Below the pieces are notes generated by a model, which worked only from the letters and a program-made list of their open reading frames with translations, had not been told where the DNA came from and did no database searches. A stretch of 64,000 nucleotides of DNA. Origin: Klebsiella phage KpLz-2_45. Where the stretch lies: the sequence record MN871446.1; one strand, given 5' to 3'. Position numbers and translations under genes: made by a program. Within the stretch, counting starts at the first letter, position 1. Each line of letters starts with the position of its first letter. This document shows positions 26,438-36,049 of the stretch, one piece after another.

Positions 26438-28339
26438 TTAACGACCGCCGAAACCGTAAGAAGAACGGGCACGAGAACGGAAACCTGCACCGTCATAGCC
26501 GTTGGATTCGTAACGAGAGGTATAACCACGACGGCTGGTACGGCCATCCTGAGTAATACCATCAGCGGTAACCACCATGCCTGCTGCAGACAGTGCGCGG
26601 GTCAGGCCGAACAGCCAGTTGGCGTTCACTTCGATGACGTCTGCACGGTCGGTGATCTGATACTGACCGCCGGTGTAGTCTTCGATGATTTTTTCCATCT
26701 GGTCCATACGGACTTGCAGATCGATCGAATCGTCGTTCAGGCAACGATCGTAATCGGCAACCACCTGCGGAGATTTCAGACCGAAGTTGGTCAGAATTTC
26801 GTAGTAACCGATTTCACGCAGGTCACGTTTATGACCCTGTTCGTCGATCCAGGTGCCCAGCAGTTGCGGCATGTCGCGGATGATACCCACGTCGTACAGA
26901 TCTGAGGTGTTCATGATGGTAGAGAAACGATCGCCGGAGATGTTGTCGGCGGCTTCGATCAGCACGTCAACAGCTTCTTTACGGTTCGGGTTCGTTTCGT
27001 CGCACGCATCAACCAGCAGCTGCAGCAGCGGGGTGTTGATGGAAGAACGCGGGATCTGGATCTGAACGATCTGGCTGTTCTCACGAACAACGTTAGCCAC
27101 CAGGCCAGCCCATTCGTCGTCGTTCAGAACTTCCGGGAGTTTTTCAAACTCGCCTTTCAGTTCATAGGTCAGAGCTTCAGCGGTACGCAGCGCGCCTTTG
27201 GTGTTCAGCGGACGCAGACCCTGAATCAGAGCCGGTTCAGTCATCAGTGCAGATACCTGTGCCAGAGAGAACATCAGGTATTCAGGAATCGCCACGCATT
27301 TCAGATCGCTGATCACCAGAGCGATACCGTAGATACGGGTATCGAAGTCTTCCGCTTTCTTTTTGCGCAGTGCAAAGAAACTGTTGGACTGCTCTTCTTC
27401 GCCTTTGTAATACAGGTCGACGTGGGAGATCAGACCGGCCAGCTGAGTGGACTCACGCTCGGACAATACGTTAACAATACCGCCACGACGTTCGTCACGC
27501 GGCGCCACCATCAGATCAACAACGATATCGGCGCGATGCGGCATTTCGGTGATGTCGTCAGCAACGTCACCTTGATGGAACGCGATGTTCGCCAGCAGAT
27601 CGTTATTTTTCAGGTCCAGCGCCGCAATGCTGAACTCGTTAGTGGTCAGGATCGCGTTAACGGAATAGATGATCTGGTTGATCACGGCAGAAGCGATACG
27701 CTCCAGTTCTGCGTCGGTCGGTTTGTCCAGGAAGATCGGGGACGCCGCCAGATGCTGAACCTGGCCGGTGAATGCCGGGTTGGACAGGGCAATCAGATCG
27801 TCCAGGGACTCTTTATAGCCGATCGCTTCGTACTGGTCGTTAGCGGTGGTGGTGAAACGCACGGTGTGGTCACGACCAACCTGCACGGCCTGTTTCGGCA
27901 TCACGGTGTTACCCACGAAGATCACGGTAGACGCGAAGATCATGCCGTTGTCTTTCAGACGGGCAGCGATGACCGCAGCGTCCAGTTTCATTTGGGTATC
28001 TTTGCCTGTTGCCGGCGTTACCGTCCATTCCAGGACACCGTTCAGGCTGATCGCGGCGCTGTGCTGTTTCTGGATTTCTTTGGTCAGTTCGACGAATTTG
28101 GCTACGTCGCCTGCCGCAGAGTTCAGGGACAGTACTGGCGCATCTTTACGGAAGTTATAGGATGAAGTCACTTTTTTCTCCTGACGGGAATCATTTTCGT
28201 TGGAACGGGTGTAAAAGGAACGGCGGCGTGCAGAGGATTCTTCCTGGCGACCTTCGTCGCGAGAAGTTTCCTGCGCACCAGTTTCTACTGCTGCTTCTTC
28301 TGCTTTGTTTTTGTTGTGATCGTCATCACGTAAGGCCAT
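26438..28339 (-). CDS. chmA: Probable chimallin (ChmA), the major phage-nucleus shell protein
   Basis: 633 aa with strongly optimal codon usage, its own promoter motif and terminator, and disordered charged N- and C-terminal extensions. It is adjacent to the beta' N-terminal RNAP gene (phiKZ gp54/gp55 synteny), and PhuZ is encoded nearby. I cannot verify the fold from sequence alone. Confidence 0.55.
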   Translation of the reverse strand: MALRDDDHNKNKAEEAAVETGAQETSRDEGRQEESSARRRSFYTRSNENDSRQEKKVTSSYNFRKDAPVLSLNSAAGDVAKFVELTKEIQKQHSAAISLNGVLEWTVTPATGKDTQMKLDAAVIAARLKDNGMIFASTVIFVGNTVMPKQAVQVGRDHTVRFTTTANDQYEAIGYKESLDDLIALSNPAFTGQVQHLAASPIFLDKPTDAELERIASAVINQIIYSVNAILTTNEFSIAALDLKNNDLLANIAFHQGDVADDITEMPHRADIVVDLMVAPRDERRGGIVNVLSERESTQLAGLISHVDLYYKGEEEQSNSFFALRKKKAEDFDTRIYGIALVISDLKCVAIPEYLMFSLAQVSALMTEPALIQGLRPLNTKGALRTAEALTYELKGEFEKLPEVLNDDEWAGLVANVVRENSQIVQIQIPRSSINTPLLQLLVDACDETNPNRKEAVDVLIEAADNISGDRFSTIMNTSDLYDVGIIRDMPQLLGTWIDEQGHKRDLREIGYYEILTNFGLKSPQVVADYDRCLNDDSIDLQVRMDQMEKIIEDYTGGQYQITDRADVIEVNANWLFGLTRALSAAGMVVTADGITQDGRTSRRGYTSRYESNGYDGAGFRSRARSSYGFGGR

Positions 28340-28405
28340 CTTTAAATCTCCTAGGAGTTAAAACAATTTTTATCGCGATTCTGAAGGTACTCATTACCTT
28401 CTTCA

Positions 28406-28420
28406 CTATTGTGATATAGA
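28406..28420 (-). promoter_or_regulatory. Variant motif copy upstream of the chimallin-like gene
   Basis: ctattgtgatataga, ~65 nt upstream of the start. Confidence 0.4.
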
Positions 28421-28623
28421 TGTGAAAAAAGTTTGAAATGGGTCTTTTATAGCGATGAGATATAATAGACCTCACTCAATAGAGAGTCAATCGGGTTTCC
28501 GATTAGAACTTTCTACATATAATAGTCATTATGCCCATTTAGGGCTAGTCCTTCGTTATGAAGGAGTTCTTTCATAATATAGCAGATGCACTTTAAAAAT
28601 GATTAGTCGCTCGGAGAAAACTA

Positions 28624-29718
28624 ATGATCTCAGCTTTCGAATTTCTAAACCGTCAATCCGTGAAGACGTTTTTTCCGGGACAACTCACCTTGCTGCGCAA
28701 CAATGCCGACATTAATTTAAAGAACATTAAACAACATTACCGTAATAGCATCCGTGCTGTTGAGAGTGATCATATACTGATTCAGATACTTCAACATTTA
28801 CCGTCACGGGTAGACATGAACGATGAACAGTATTATCGATTCTGCCACTCCGCCAGTAAACTGACACACAGGGCGTTGAACCTCAATACGGAAACCGTGC
28901 TTTCTGGTAAAGCCAGTAAACCATGGTTTTACGGTCAAGGTATGACCGAGTTCTACATCGTTGAGGAAAAAGATCTCCCTTATCGATTCGACGCAAAGAA
29001 CTACTGGCAAGAACTTATTCCAGTACGCCCAATTTCGCACAATCTGACAGGGCTTTCTTTTAACGCCCGTGACGGGCAGTACTTTAGTCACTATAAAGGA
29101 AACGCTTTCCTGTCTATCGACATCGGTCTTCTGGCAGTCCAGTATCGGCACTGGTCGCAGTTTAACGTCGGTACAGAAGCGAACCCGCATCCCGTTTCTA
29201 TCAACCAATTTGTTTATCAGTACCCTTTAGTCAACATGATCGAAGAGGACATGAATTTTTGTTTCTTCAATCGTCTTCGGTTGTCGACAGGGTATATCCC
29301 GGTTAACGATGACGCCGCACGACACGGCTTGGCAATCTACGATTTACGTCCACTGGTTGATAAAGTCTGGGAACAGTGGTTACAACGCGCCAGAAGCGCT
29401 CCGCGGCGCTTCATTGACCTTCCGGCACAAATCCCCGGGTTATTTACAGAAACACTTCTTGAAGCGATTACGATCCCGGATATCTTTTTCAACCGTCAGA
29501 ACCTCGGTCTTTACACATTGGCAAATTTACCGTACTTAAGTACCCTGTCCCGTCTTTCTGGTGAAACAGGGTCTAAAGACAACGGTAGTGTAAAAACTCA
29601 ACTGGAACGTTGGTACGCGCGTTTTGTTAACGGAGGTTACCTGACACCGATAACGGGGATTAATCCTCAAGATACTCTACAGGTTCTGTTGGACGAAGTG
29701 CTGATTCCACTTCGTTAA
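28624..29718 (+). CDS. Hypothetical protein (plus strand), divergently transcribed from the chimallin gene
   Basis: ORF downstream of a 285-nt AT-rich region with three TATAATAG-like elements. Its 3' end overlaps the convergent 738-aa gene by ~59 nt. Confidence 0.45.
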   Translation: MISAFEFLNRQSVKTFFPGQLTLLRNNADINLKNIKQHYRNSIRAVESDHILIQILQHLPSRVDMNDEQYYRFCHSASKLTHRALNLNTETVLSGKASKPWFYGQGMTEFYIVEEKDLPYRFDAKNYWQELIPVRPISHNLTGLSFNARDGQYFSHYKGNAFLSIDIGLLAVQYRHWSQFNVGTEANPHPVSINQFVYQYPLVNMIEEDMNFCFFNRLRLSTGYIPVNDDAARHGLAIYDLRPLVDKVWEQWLQRARSAPRRFIDLPAQIPGLFTETLLEAITIPDIFFNRQNLGLYTLANLPYLSTLSRLSGETGSKDNGSVKTQLERWYARFVNGGYLTPITGINPQDTLQVLLDEVLIPLR

Positions 29719-31876
29719 AGTCAGAGAAAGCATCCTCACGAGAAATTTGATCAAAGACCAGTTTAGATTGGTCTTTATCAAAGAGGTAGTATTCCAGTGA
29801 CTCAAGAACCAGGTAGAAAGGTGACATGGCGCTGCCGATAATTTTACGAATGTTTGTCGCCTCAAGGATATCCTCTGGAATCCCGATTGACATGACAATA
29901 CTTTCTGGCAGCAGGATACGACCCAAATAAGTCTTATTCTTCGCTGCCAGGAATTGTCGCATTCGTTTCGCCATTTCCTGATCTTTCCAGTTCGCTAACC
30001 ATTTCTCCGTTTTGGTTTTCGTATCGTGGATAATACTGAACGACAACGCTGAGTATGGCGGCGGTTCAATAAGACCAAACTTCGGCGCAAAGACTTCTTG
30101 CCACAGTTCGTAGTTCAGATACGGCGTATTCTGTTCTTCGGTCTTCTTAGTGTACCCTTCCTCTTCTTTAACACGTGCCGCTTTAAGGTACGTGGTCTCC
30201 CCTTTACGAATCGATTCGTAGATCGTATACTCCCACCGGGCTACCCACCGTAAGTAACGGCTCAGTTCCAACATTTTCCCTTCCGTAACACTGTCGACAA
30301 TCTCTTCGATCATCAAATCAAGATCTTTACGTACTCCGGCTGGTGAGTTGGAAGCAATGAGCTCTACGCCTTTCTTCTCTCGGTCTTCGATATAGACCCC
30401 TTCTTGTACGCGTTTGTTTGCCGCATAGTGCTTAGCACGACTGGTCAACATGAACACCGGGAAAAGGAATTCGTTCTTCATTGCCAGACGGAAGACTTCT
30501 TTCTCGTCCTGAACACCCATGTTTACGGTCATGGTAGCAAGGTTATGCGTGGTCGTCTGCGAGACAAGGAACGCAATCCCTTCAGCTAGAATGATGTTTT
30601 CTTTCGTTAGCAAATCATTATCAGAGTACCAACGAATCCAATCCTGAACCGTAAAGATAGCGGAGTCGGTATCAGACCCTACACCACTGCGTCTAACGGC
30701 ATGGGGGAAGTCAGAAATCAGGAACGGGATGTTTCTTGACATCAGGAACGTATCGATGATTTCTTTATATTTGTCCAGCGTCTGGTAAATGAGTGCACAG
30801 GTGGAACCTAAACGCCAGTAATCGGCTTTAGCAATAACTTCTTCGTGGAACGGGTTTTTATCGCCAATGATTTCCGGGAACATAACCGTGATCTGTGCGA
30901 TGGTGTCTTCATCGACAAACTTCATCCATCCTTCGTAGTCAGGTACCGGCGTTTCTGCTGGAGTGACTAAACCACGAATCAGATCCCTTACAATCGCCTC
31001 GTTGAACTGACGAATATGATAAAGGTCGCCCATGTAAACGAACGCTGCTCGTTCGTAATCGCTACAGCCTTTCAGGAAACGTTTTAAATTGCGGTCTCCC
31101 CCTTCTGATCGCCAGTAGAGGTCAGACGAATACGACAGTACCGCTAACGTTTCTTCAACCGACGGGATATGCAGATTAAACTTCTTAACGGTATTTTCTA
31201 CTTTTGCCCAATCGGTCAGTTCAAGAATACTGGTCAAGTTAGCGTAGACAACATCAGGTCGCCAATAGTGGCGAGAGCCAGACAATAAACGGTCATTGTT
31301 GGAGTTGGCAATACCGTTGGCAATACGACAGCAACTTGTCAATACCGGGTGCGTTGAGCGGTCGTAAAGCGGTGAGTGCTCAGAACGGTGGTTACCGGAG
31401 ATGGCGTTGTTCAGAATCTTTTTGTTGTTCTGATTGTTGTTGTGGAAGGTTGCCTTAATAAAGTTACCGACTTTCTTCGCTTCAAACATTTCATGTTTTT
31501 CGGCGGAGCGCTTTTTCAAGTTACCTTTGATATATTCAGAGAGTAACGATAACTTTTGGTGCGGCGGTAACACGGTCGTGAACGTAGGTGCCATTAACCA
31601 TTCGTTATCGAGAATGTCTTTGAGGTACTGTGAGAAAGGTACCATAATCGGTTTTTGATCCAGATTCTCATCGCGTTCCAACATGCAAAAAACAGGATCG
31701 GTCACGCCGTTATCCGGGTTTTTCAGTTCCTCGACAACAAAGTCACGACATTCTTCGAAAGGTCTTCCAGTGCTGCGTTGTATGAATAAAGCAGTTTGAA
31801 TAATGTACGACTCGTGCACGCCAAGGTCTCGATGGTAATCCTTAGCGGTGCGCGTAAATGGGTTAGAAACTTTCAC
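29660..31876 (-). CDS. Large hypothetical protein (738 aa)
   Basis: Long ORF containing GVGSDTDSAIF, which resembles polymerase family-B motif C. Other family-B motifs are not found in the right order. Confidence 0.5.
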   Translation of the reverse strand: MKVSNPFTRTAKDYHRDLGVHESYIIQTALFIQRSTGRPFEECRDFVVEELKNPDNGVTDPVFCMLERDENLDQKPIMVPFSQYLKDILDNEWLMAPTFTTVLPPHQKLSLLSEYIKGNLKKRSAEKHEMFEAKKVGNFIKATFHNNNQNNKKILNNAISGNHRSEHSPLYDRSTHPVLTSCCRIANGIANSNNDRLLSGSRHYWRPDVVYANLTSILELTDWAKVENTVKKFNLHIPSVEETLAVLSYSSDLYWRSEGGDRNLKRFLKGCSDYERAAFVYMGDLYHIRQFNEAIVRDLIRGLVTPAETPVPDYEGWMKFVDEDTIAQITVMFPEIIGDKNPFHEEVIAKADYWRLGSTCALIYQTLDKYKEIIDTFLMSRNIPFLISDFPHAVRRSGVGSDTDSAIFTVQDWIRWYSDNDLLTKENIILAEGIAFLVSQTTTHNLATMTVNMGVQDEKEVFRLAMKNEFLFPVFMLTSRAKHYAANKRVQEGVYIEDREKKGVELIASNSPAGVRKDLDLMIEEIVDSVTEGKMLELSRYLRWVARWEYTIYESIRKGETTYLKAARVKEEEGYTKKTEEQNTPYLNYELWQEVFAPKFGLIEPPPYSALSFSIIHDTKTKTEKWLANWKDQEMAKRMRQFLAAKNKTYLGRILLPESIVMSIGIPEDILEATNIRKIIGSAMSPFYLVLESLEYYLFDKDQSKLVFDQISREDAFSDFNEVESALRPTEPVEYLED

Positions 31877-31924
31877 GCTATCGTCCTATGTAATCGGTCT
31901 TCTACAGGAATAGTACGGTCACTG

Positions 31925-31983
31925 AAAAAAGAAAAAAAGAAAAGATAACCTTCTCCTGTAACCTTTCGGTTACAGGAGAAGAG
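31925..31983 (-). terminator. Strong terminator before the small-gene array
   Basis: 14-bp stem cttctcctgtaacc/ggttacaggagaag, then a long T-rich run on the minus strand. Confidence 0.65.
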
Positions 31984-31988
31984 AATAG

Positions 31989-32411
31989 TTAACTGGTGAC
32001 GATGGTGAAATTGTTGAAGCCTGCGCTGTTAATCGCCAGCCGGATCTTTTCAATATCGCCTGTACCAATCCCGGGAATAGTGACAAGGGCATTCACTGTC
32101 TCAACAACGTTGATCGTATCAACTTTGATCCAGGGTAATCCGATGACGCGTTCTGTGCCGTCTTCTAAGGCCAATACCAACCAGTTGTAAGAACGGGCAT
32201 TGTCTTCAACGCTACCCGATGGCAGAAGAGGATAAACCTTCGCGTGCTCTGCTTCCGGGTCAATACCGAATTTAGTAGCACCTCTGGCCGACACAATGTC
32301 AGTCGGAACCACGTTACGGAAAACATCCCCGTAAAGCGCAGACGGATAAACCTGAAAGGTCACCGTGGAGTTCAGTGTAAATTTACCGAGGATGAGGTCT
32401 GTAGACGTCAT
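31989..32411 (-). CDS. Small hypothetical protein (first of an 11-gene small-gene array)
   Basis: ORF preceded by a strong 14-bp hairpin terminator. Confidence 0.45.
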   Translation of the reverse strand: MTSTDLILGKFTLNSTVTFQVYPSALYGDVFRNVVPTDIVSARGATKFGIDPEAEHAKVYPLLPSGSVEDNARSYNWLVLALEDGTERVIGLPWIKVDTINVVETVNALVTIPGIGTGDIEKIRLAINSAGFNNFTIVTS

Positions 32412-32771
32412 TTAATTTTCTCCCGATTCGAAAAGCAACATTAACGTAGTAGAGTCGAAGTACTCGAGGTCTACATAACGAAAGGTTGTTTTACTGGTGA
32501 TTTCTTCCACTCGTTCTTTCAAGGTTTCGTGGGTGAGAAAAAGATGACCAGCAATCTCACCGTGTTCAATAGAAGGAACAGTAGTTTTCAATCCGCTGTC
32601 AATGACTTCCAATACGAGCTTCCTGGTCGAGTCCTTTAGGTATTCGATGTCAATAACCGTATCATCATCTTCATCGCATTGGACTTCGTCTAAAAGACCC
32701 TGATAAAAATAACTAAAGATTAAAGGGAGTCGTACAAGGGAAGTAAGAACTTTTATTTTCATGTTCTTCAA
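32412..32771 (-). CDS. Small hypothetical protein
   Basis: ORF. Confidence 0.4.
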   Translation of the reverse strand: MKNMKIKVLTSLVRLPLIFSYFYQGLLDEVQCDEDDDTVIDIEYLKDSTRKLVLEVIDSGLKTTVPSIEHGEIAGHLFLTHETLKERVEEITSKTTFRYVDLEYFDSTTLMLLFESGEN

Positions 32772-33141
32772 TCCTTAAACCAAGAGAATAACTTCCCGTG
32801 TACAGGAATAAGTTCTCAAGATGATAACGTTTCTCTAATAGGAAGGGATGGACTTTCTCCATCTCACGGTAAAGTCGAGTATGGAGACAATCGTAGTTTT
32901 CCAGAATGATTTCCATGCCGTACTCGAGTAAACCAGGATCACTCGCAATAAAGAATCCTTTTAAGACCTCGGGGTGCATCGCCATTTTTTCCGGTTCCAA
33001 AATATCTTCGACAAAAAGCGACGAAAGATCACGTGCTTTTATCCAGACATCTCTTGGCATATTATCTAGGAGCGTCGATAAACCAGAATAAAAAGACTGG
33101 CAGGGTAAAACAACCAACGTTGCATTTTTGTTTTTCACCAT
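32713..33141 (-). CDS. Small hypothetical protein (start probably internal)
   Basis: ORF overlapping its neighbour. Confidence 0.4.
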   Translation of the reverse strand: MVKNKNATLVVLPCQSFYSGLSTLLDNMPRDVWIKARDLSSLFVEDILEPEKMAMHPEVLKGFFIASDPGLLEYGMEIILENYDCLHTRLYREMEKVHPFLLEKRYHLENLFLYTGSYSLGLRIEEHENKSSYFPCTTPFNL

Positions 33142-33599
33142 ACCTCCCGGCTAAGGTCCTCCACTACAAATGAGATTGCGTTGTTTCGTAAGAGTACGTC
33201 GCCGATATCGATATCTTCGTGATATCGGAGTTGACTCCTCTCGAAGGACAACAGTAAATCGGTCGCAATCACTTCAGCCATATCTTCAATGTAACAAAGC
33301 AACCGGTGTCGAGTACCCCTATCTAACCGTAACTGATCGCTGGGATCATCTGCATCAGGGACAAAGAAAAGATCAATCGTGTCATCGAGTCTTTCCGATG
33401 CCTCCTGCTGACCGAAGTGCTTAACGTCCAATACATAAGCGATGGTACAGCCGATAAAGTCAGTCACTTCAAAACGAATTTTGTTTCGGGGGATATAACG
33501 ATTAAACCCATCGATATATCGACTGAAGAAAAGGTGAAAGTTTGACGTTGGCCAATCCTTCACCGTAAAGATTAAGATAGTACGAAAGAAACGGGACAT
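33135..33599 (-). CDS. Small hypothetical protein, member of the VIDIKHF paralog family
   Basis: Contains AYVLDVKHFGQ, shared with other array members. Confidence 0.45.
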   Translation of the reverse strand: MSRFFRTILIFTVKDWPTSNFHLFFSRYIDGFNRYIPRNKIRFEVTDFIGCTIAYVLDVKHFGQQEASERLDDTIDLFFVPDADDPSDQLRLDRGTRHRLLCYIEDMAEVIATDLLLSFERSQLRYHEDIDIGDVLLRNNAISFVVEDLSREVW

Positions 33600-34009
33600 T
33601 AAGATCCTCTGCGAACAGTCAGTTGGAAGGCGATGCCGTGGTGGCGTAATTCTACAAAATCAATACGGGGGGAACGTGAAAAGTTACTTCGTATCTCCCG
33701 TCGATAATCACGATAAAACGAGACGAAGAGTTCTTCTGCTGTCTCTATCAACTCTTGCGTCGTAACATCCGGCATCTTAGCGTGCGGATACGAACGTAAG
33801 AAATTCTCGATTTCAACTCTGATACGCCGCGTACCCGATAACGATAGATTTTCTTCGTCGGTGCCGATAATGAAGTCGAATATCATTTGCAGAACAAGTC
33901 GGCGATAGAGTAAATCGCAATACATCAGTTCGTGCAGTATGGCAGCGGTCTCTCTTCGATAAGGCAAAACAAAAAGACGTGTCGTAGTTTCAGTCACTGA
34001 CGGTAACAT
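33599..34009 (-). CDS. Small hypothetical protein
   Basis: ORF. Confidence 0.4.
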   Translation of the reverse strand: MLPSVTETTTRLFVLPYRRETAAILHELMYCDLLYRRLVLQMIFDFIIGTDEENLSLSGTRRIRVEIENFLRSYPHAKMPDVTTQELIETAEELFVSFYRDYRREIRSNFSRSPRIDFVELRHHGIAFQLTVRRGS

Positions 34010-34457
34010 AGAGGTCTCCTCTAACGAATCTTACGTTTCTGATTTGATCAGGACTCAAAACGATATCTTTCATGGCTAAAGTCTTCCTTGATATCTTCGA
34101 GCCTAATAATTGAATATCGATGTAGAAATTTCGCTTGAATTCTTCTTTGAGCTTCTCGTCCAGATGTTCCATTCCGTCGGAGCACAATAAGTTATCTAAG
34201 ACCTTTTCCGCTTCTTCGTTAGCCTTGAAAAAGAAGGGCATGAAGAAGGTTCTTTGGTAACGTGATAAAGAAAATAGAAAAGCCGGGAGAATAATCTCCC
34301 GGCTGTGTATTGAGTATAGGTTTTCTATTTTCTTTATTTCTGACGCGTCCCAATGCAGGTCATAGATGAAGGTTTGTGAATAATCTAATCGACCGTTGGT
34401 CACGTGAGATCTCCCATCCATAATAGTCAATGATACGTTCTTCGCTTGTTTTCTCAA
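33990..34457 (-). CDS. Small hypothetical protein
   Basis: ORF. Confidence 0.4.
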   Translation of the reverse strand: MRKQAKNVSLTIMDGRSHVTNGRLDYSQTFIYDLHWDASEIKKIENLYSIHSREIILPAFLFSLSRYQRTFFMPFFFKANEEAEKVLDNLLCSDGMEHLDEKLKEEFKRNFYIDIQLLGSKISRKTLAMKDIVLSPDQIRNVRFVRGDLYVTVSD

Positions 34458-34782
34458 GAAACGTTTTGATTTCTTGTAGCGACAATTCCAGAAGTGCGTC
34501 AGTATCAGATAAATTTAGTTCAGGCGTAGAAAAAACGGAAAGTAACCGCTGTTCCATCGTAGAGTAACCATAAATCAGTTTCTCCAGACTAAAGAGCAAA
34601 AGTAAACCATACGCCTCGCCAAACGTCACCGGCTCTAAAGTGTCAGAGAAAAAGCAACGGTAGATCTTCTCGAGGCGAGGTCGTAATAACGCGATGTCAA
34701 TAATCTCTATTTTGTTCTTCACGTTTTTCTCGTTGTATCCTTTCCCAATCCCGAATTCGCCAATCGCCAAGGTTCTCGACAA
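34360..34782 (-). CDS. Small hypothetical protein, paralog family member
   Basis: KIEIIDIALLRPRLEKIY aligns with RYVIDIDYLARRLSSILY of the next ORF. Confidence 0.45.
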   Translation of the reverse strand: MSRTLAIGEFGIGKGYNEKNVKNKIEIIDIALLRPRLEKIYRCFFSDTLEPVTFGEAYGLLLLFSLEKLIYGYSTMEQRLLSVFSTPELNLSDTDALLELSLQEIKTFLEKTSEERIIDYYGWEISRDQRSIRLFTNLHL

Positions 34783-35224
34783 TCAATGCGTTGTTTCTGA
34801 CTTCGACCACCACAATTTCATCCCAGAACCTATTTTTTCGTATCCCCATGTCACGAAAATACTCTACCGCGAACACGATAAAGATATCGATAACTTCGCG
34901 GTAGAGTTCTTGGGACGGCTCATCCACGATCTCTTCGTTGTACGGATTAAAACCAATAGGCTCTAACGTGTAACCTTTAAACCAACCACGAATAGCAGCA
35001 TCGTCGTCCCAACATTCCCAAGGATATTTAGCGTCTTTATTGATGGCATTCCAAAAGAGACGGAGGGCGGTTTCCTTAAGATCTTCTACACGAAGGTTCT
35101 TGTCAGCGTACCGGTCGATAACACTGTGTTGGCGACGGACTGAATAGAGAATGGACGATAGTCGTCTGGCGAGATAATCAATATCAATAACATAACGCAT
35201 AATAGAGACCTTATCGATAAACAA
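34697..35224 (-). CDS. Small hypothetical protein, paralog family member
   Basis: Contains YVIDIDYLARRLSSILY. Confidence 0.45.
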   Translation of the reverse strand: MFIDKVSIMRYVIDIDYLARRLSSILYSVRRQHSVIDRYADKNLRVEDLKETALRLFWNAINKDAKYPWECWDDDAAIRGWFKGYTLEPIGFNPYNEEIVDEPSQELYREVIDIFIVFAVEYFRDMGIRKNRFWDEIVVVEVRNNALIVENLGDWRIRDWERIQREKREEQNRDY

Positions 35225-35615
35225 GATAGGTACGTGAGTTCATCCGTTCCGTGTAACATTCACCGTAAATACCGTATCGATCCCATTGAGAACGAAGATC
35301 GCTAAGGATTTTTTCTAATACGCCTGTATTTTTCATTTTTTCAATTTCTTCCTGAAGAGACATGTAAAACGATAACTGGTCCCGATAATAAGGATCATCG
35401 GGAATCGTTTCAAAATCGCTTTCCAGCGGGTCAATGTTGTTCGAGTAATAAATCTCAATGAACAGTTTGTTATAATCTTTAGCTTTTCCTTTTTCCCAGT
35501 GGTACGCGGTAGAAAGGAAAGCGTCTATAATCTGATCCCGCCAGAGACCCTTATAGCCGTCGGTGAAGACCTTAAGCGCCGGGGGGATTTCGAAGAGATA
35601 TTTTTGCACTGCCAT
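35211..35615 (-). CDS. Small hypothetical protein
   Basis: ORF. Confidence 0.4.
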   Translation of the reverse strand: MAVQKYLFEIPPALKVFTDGYKGLWRDQIIDAFLSTAYHWEKGKAKDYNKLFIEIYYSNNIDPLESDFETIPDDPYYRDQLSFYMSLQEEIEKMKNTGVLEKILSDLRSQWDRYGIYGECYTERMNSRTYLVYR

Positions 35616-36049
35616 AAATCAGGATTCCTCTGACGAAACTCTTCATCATCTACCCAAACCATTAATGCGTTCCGTTGTATATCGAGCGATTCGATATGAA
35701 GCAGATTAACCGGAAGTTTCAATGGTACGCCACCGTACTCTTTTTCCAATACCCTGGCTACTTGCCATATCTTCTCTGTCTCCCAATGGTCATTATCAAT
35801 AATTAAATACTCAGGCGGAATCGTGTTATACGTCCGGTCTAACCAGTGGGCTAAAATCCTTAACCGATAGAACCGATCCATTGTCGGTGTCATATCGAGA
35901 AAATGCTTAATATCGATGACAATCAACATGGTCTTCAGTTCCCAGTGTAATTTCAAAATGATTGTGTTGGAAAGAAAAGTCGAGGACACGATAATGACGC
36001 GGGACACCCTCCAATTGAAAGAGCGTAGTGAGTTCCTTTTCTTTTTCAT
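35525..36049 (-). CDS. Small hypothetical protein, paralog family member (true start probably the internal Met near 35929)
   Basis: Contains MLIVIDIKHFLDMT; the upstream part overlaps the next gene. Confidence 0.4.
   Translation of the reverse strand: MKKKRNSLRSFNWRVSRVIIVSSTFLSNTIILKLHWELKTMLIVIDIKHFLDMTPTMDRFYRLRILAHWLDRTYNTIPPEYLIIDNDHWETEKIWQVARVLEKEYGGVPLKLPVNLLHIESLDIQRNALMVWVDDEEFRQRNPDLWQCKNISSKSPRRLRSSPTAIRVSGGIRL

Noticed and set aside
27422-28165. 247-aa plus-strand ORF antisense to the chimallin-like gene; also the 380-aa antisense ORF 57904..59046 inside the sheath gene and 20210..21004 antisense to the SSB-like gene
   Set aside because: These are long antisense ORFs of the kind expected inside GC-skewed, codon-optimised genes. 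They have no independent signals.
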